Of a DNA stretch of 64,000 nt, positions 60,776 through 64,000 are shown one piece after another. Positions within the stretch are counted from its first letter, which is position 1. Each line of letters opens with the position of its first letter. The notes beneath the pieces were generated by a model. It worked only from the letters and a program-made list of their open reading frames with translations. It was not told where the DNA came from and did no database searches. Origin of the DNA: Elsinoe ampelina (Eukaryota); NCBI GenBank assembly GCA_010093995.1, contig ML992511.1, forward strand, positions 295,917-359,916, in the 5' to 3' direction. Both the position numbers and the translations under genes were made by a program.

Positions 60776-61123
60776 GATCAAGGTTGCTGAACCGAATCTC
60801 ACGTTTGTGGTGTAGATAAAGAAGCGAAAGGATAGAAAGACTGTTTTCTTAAATGTGTGGTCGAAATCTGTTTGTGATATTCAATGCGCGCCGCCAAAGA
60901 GGATGTAGATGTGTATGCGTGGTAAGAAGCTGCCGCCCCCACGACTGGGGGTGTTATCAACTGTTGGTGTAACGAAGTACCAGGAAGGTGCGACTCTTCA
61001 GATCGCGGCACCAAAAAAAACTACCTCACCCGCCTGTCTATTGGTCTGCAGCACGCAGGTCGTTTCAGGTTCGTTCTTGGGTGGTCATAATGGTCGTGAT
61101 ATTCTGTTGATCTGTCATAACTA

Positions 61124-62676
61124 TCAATCTTCCCGCCCTGTCTTGCTCCTTCCCCAAACTTCGTCTGCAGTCGACTTGTCCTTCGACTCTGGGAGGAACA
61201 TGGAGATGAAAATGACCGACAGCAAGGCTACTATCGCGAAAATGAAGTAGGTCTTGCCACCTCCAAGCGCTTGATTGACGATGGGAAAGAATTGAGCAAC
61301 GACAAATGTTGATATCCAATTCGCAGCCAATGCCCAGGACTGCGTTGATCCTACGGCTTCCGCGTTGACAAGTTCTGAGGACAAGATGAACGGTATTGGT
61401 CCAAGACCAAGAGCGAATCCTACCACATAGGTGACGACCGAGACAGCCGACAGAACAGGAATGTGTCTCTGTATGCCAATGCCAAGTAGTAGCGAAGATA
61501 CACCCATGACAGATATGCTCACAATGAGACAAGTTTTTCTGCCGAAGCGATCTGTGAGTGGAGCAGAACCAGCAGTGACGAATACATTGAGCGCCGCAAC
61601 GGCGACATTGAGCAATGCTGAATTCGCAGCAAGTAGGTCGGACAGCACGTCGACGCCATACATGACAACACTGTTTATTCCGGTCAATTGTTGGGCGAGC
61701 ATGACGACCATGACAACCAGTACTGCTCGTCGAGAGTCAGGATGGCGAAGAACTTGGAACGGTCCGAGCACCTCGCGAGCCACGGATTTCGAGATAGATT
61801 TGTTGCGGTCCACACGTTCATCGTCTGGCACGGCAGCACTAGATGGTCCGTTTTCTGCGCTGTGAAGAAGAGTCTCCTCTTCGGCATCTTGCGTCTCTCG
61901 ACTCGAGATGCCCCAGCCCTTGACCTCCGCATCAACGTCTGCAGCATGTCCCCTCAGCTTGCGTAGAATGCGCCTGGCAGGGGTCGGTTTCCCATGATCC
62001 GCGAGCCACTTTGGGCTTTCCTGTCCTGCGAGCAAAAGGCCAACGGCTTGTAGTGCTCCAAACATACCGGCAGCTGCCAGGATCATTCGCCAGGATTGAC
62101 CTTTGCTCAAGAAAAGCCCCAACACTTGTGTAGTAAGGATGCCAACATTCGTCATGACTTGCGTGAATGCACCAAAGAAACCCTTCTCTTTCGGCGGTGA
62201 CAGCTCCGAGATATATATGGGCACAACTACCAGGGCAGCTCCAGCTCCTATTCCACTGATAAAGCGTCCAACGGTGAAAGTACCAATGTTCATCGTGAGA
62301 GCTTCAAAGACCGGTCCAAGAATGTGGAAGACGGTTGTGCCGAGCATCGTCTTATATCTTCCGTAGCTAGCGGACAGGGGGCCAGCACCCAATGCTCCAC
62401 ATAGACCACCTAGAGTGAAGATCGAGGAGACGAGCCCTACTTCCGCCGAAGTCATTGGTATGCATTGCGGAAGATTCGCGTCCACCCCTGTAGCTGCTCG
62501 GGTTCGACATGTGATGACTGCGATAGGTGCGTTGAGTTCGGACTGCCCAAGCTTATGAGTGAAGCTCTCCCTAGCAATGACATAAGACCTACCAGGTGAT
62601 AACCAAACAAGAATGGCCCTATGGTCGCGATCAAGAGCACGAAGACGAAGTACAGCGTGATATCCTTGAGTGCCAT
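61124..62676 (-). CDS. MFS sugar porter (GLUT-like; Vps73/Ybr241c-like)
   Basis: Exons 62676-62593 and 62542-61124. Motifs: 'GPFLFGYHLSELNAP', 'GRFISGIGAG', 'IYISELSP', 'QQLTGIN', 'DRFGRK', 'GLGPIPF', 'PESK'. Confidence 0.92.
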
Positions 62677-63055
62677 GGTCGCTGGTAGTGCTGAGTCAAG
62701 GACAAACACGAAGATTGAGGGTGCAGTCACGATCGACCTCTAGTCGAATCATGCGGATTGCAAGGACAGGGATATCCAAGGTGACAGAAAGGTAACAGCA
62801 TTGTGACGCCGTTGGATGAGGGGGTTGAGCGGCTGTTTTCCCAAACAGGAAATGCCGCGCATCTCTAACCTCATCCGCCGGTCGATGTCCACAGCGGGCA
62901 TAAACAAACGACGATAATTCGCATGCTGCCACACGTCATGGATATACTTCCAACTCGGACAAAATAAATCTTGTATCACTGTATAGCTATTGTGGAATCG
63001 AGTGGGTCATTATGGTTCATGACATCTACATCCTTGACCACCCACTCGGTCCGTG

Positions 63056-64000
63056 ATGCTTTCGACACATTCTAACCCATCCTCCGCTCCTGGTAGTGCT
63101 TCTGCAGCGGGATTGAATGCTCCCTCCGCGGCATTCCCTCCGCGTCAGCAGAGTTCAAATTTATCGATCTCTACAAGTGCCGCTGATGGACCGAAGGCTG
63201 TTTTCCAAGGTCAGTCAAAGACCACCACTGCTCGTTCTCCAGCAATGATCGAGAACTGAGAAGATATCTAGCTGAGCTCAAGGAAACCGCAATGACGACT
63301 CCGTATCCGAACCAACGACATATCGGGGATCACTACGATGTCGTCGGGTTCATTAGCAGTGGTACCTATGGTCGGGTCTACAAAGCAAAGGCACGTGGTT
63401 CCACGGGGAAGAGCCTTCCGGCCAGCAATCCGGATCGCAAAGAAATCAGGACAGAGGTCTATGCGATCAAAAAGTATGTGCCATACGCCTAGGTATCTGG
63501 TCCTATGACTGACTCGGCATCAGATTCAAGCCAGATAAGGAAGGCGAATTGCAGTATACTGGCATCTCACAATCAGCCATTCGAGAAATGGCATTGTGTA
63601 CGGAACTATCACACGAAAACGTCATTCACCTGGTTGAGATCATCCTCGAGTCCAAGTGCATCTTCATGATCTTCGAATACGCCGAGCACGATCTTCTGCA
63701 GATTGTCCATTGGCATACACAGCATCCGAGGACTCCGATAGCAGCGTCAGCGCTTCGATCGATAATGTATCAGCTGCTAGATGGTCTCTTGTACCTGCAT
63801 CGCAATTGGGTCATGCACAGGGACCTCAAGCCAGCCAATATCATGGTTACTTGGTCTGGACGGATCAAGATTGGCGACTTGGGTCTCGCTCGACTGTTTC
63901 AGAAGCCTTTACAACCTCTGTTCAGCGGGGACAAGGTCGTTGTGACCATCTGGTATCGAGCTCCAGAGCTCCTTCTCGGCACTCGTCACTATACCCCAGC
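63056..64000 (+). CDS. SSN3: Cyclin-dependent kinase CDK8/Ssn3 (Srb10), 5' part; runs off the window end
   Basis: Introns 63210-63271 and 63474-63523. Motifs: '[14 protein letters not shown]', '[14 protein letters not shown]', '[10 protein letters not shown]', 'GDLGLAR', '[18 protein letters not shown]'. The start may be 63056 or 63292. Confidence 0.95.

Overview
Gene-dense chromosomal DNA from a filamentous ascomycete (Pezizomycotina). Short GT-AG introns with CTRAC-type branch points are seen directly; a Dothideomycete origin is inferred only, from RIP hitting both CpA and CpG. About 20 protein-coding genes are supported: vacuolar Ca2+/H+ exchanger (partial), SidL-like GNAT acetylase, mS38/Cox24, a PNP_UDP-NACHT NLR-like gene, DUF1295 reductase, a four-finger C2H2 transcription factor with a ~7 kb gene-poor upstream region, epsin, a flavin monooxygenase, FBPase, a DenD-like SDR, a class II aldolase, a GT8, a PTS2 thiolase, an SCI1/Far3-like coiled-coil protein, an MFS sugar transporter, CDK8/Ssn3 (partial) and several hypothetical proteins. 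Three things stand out. (1) A ~1,880-codon minus-strand reading frame (60775-54837) is interrupted only by two in-frame TAG codons and runs in frame into the SCI1-like gene; one TAG aligns to Trp in an internal repeat, making it a candidate UAG->UGG (A-to-I) or readthrough-gated long isoform. (2) A 5.04 kb RIP-inactivated IS3EU-like DNA transposon (6387-11430) has TIRs, a 6-bp TSD and a recoverable DDE transposase, and sits 115 bp upstream of sidL. (3) Recurrent C/A-rich to G/T-rich skew switches occur near gene 3' ends. All gene models were derived by eye; no database searches were run.
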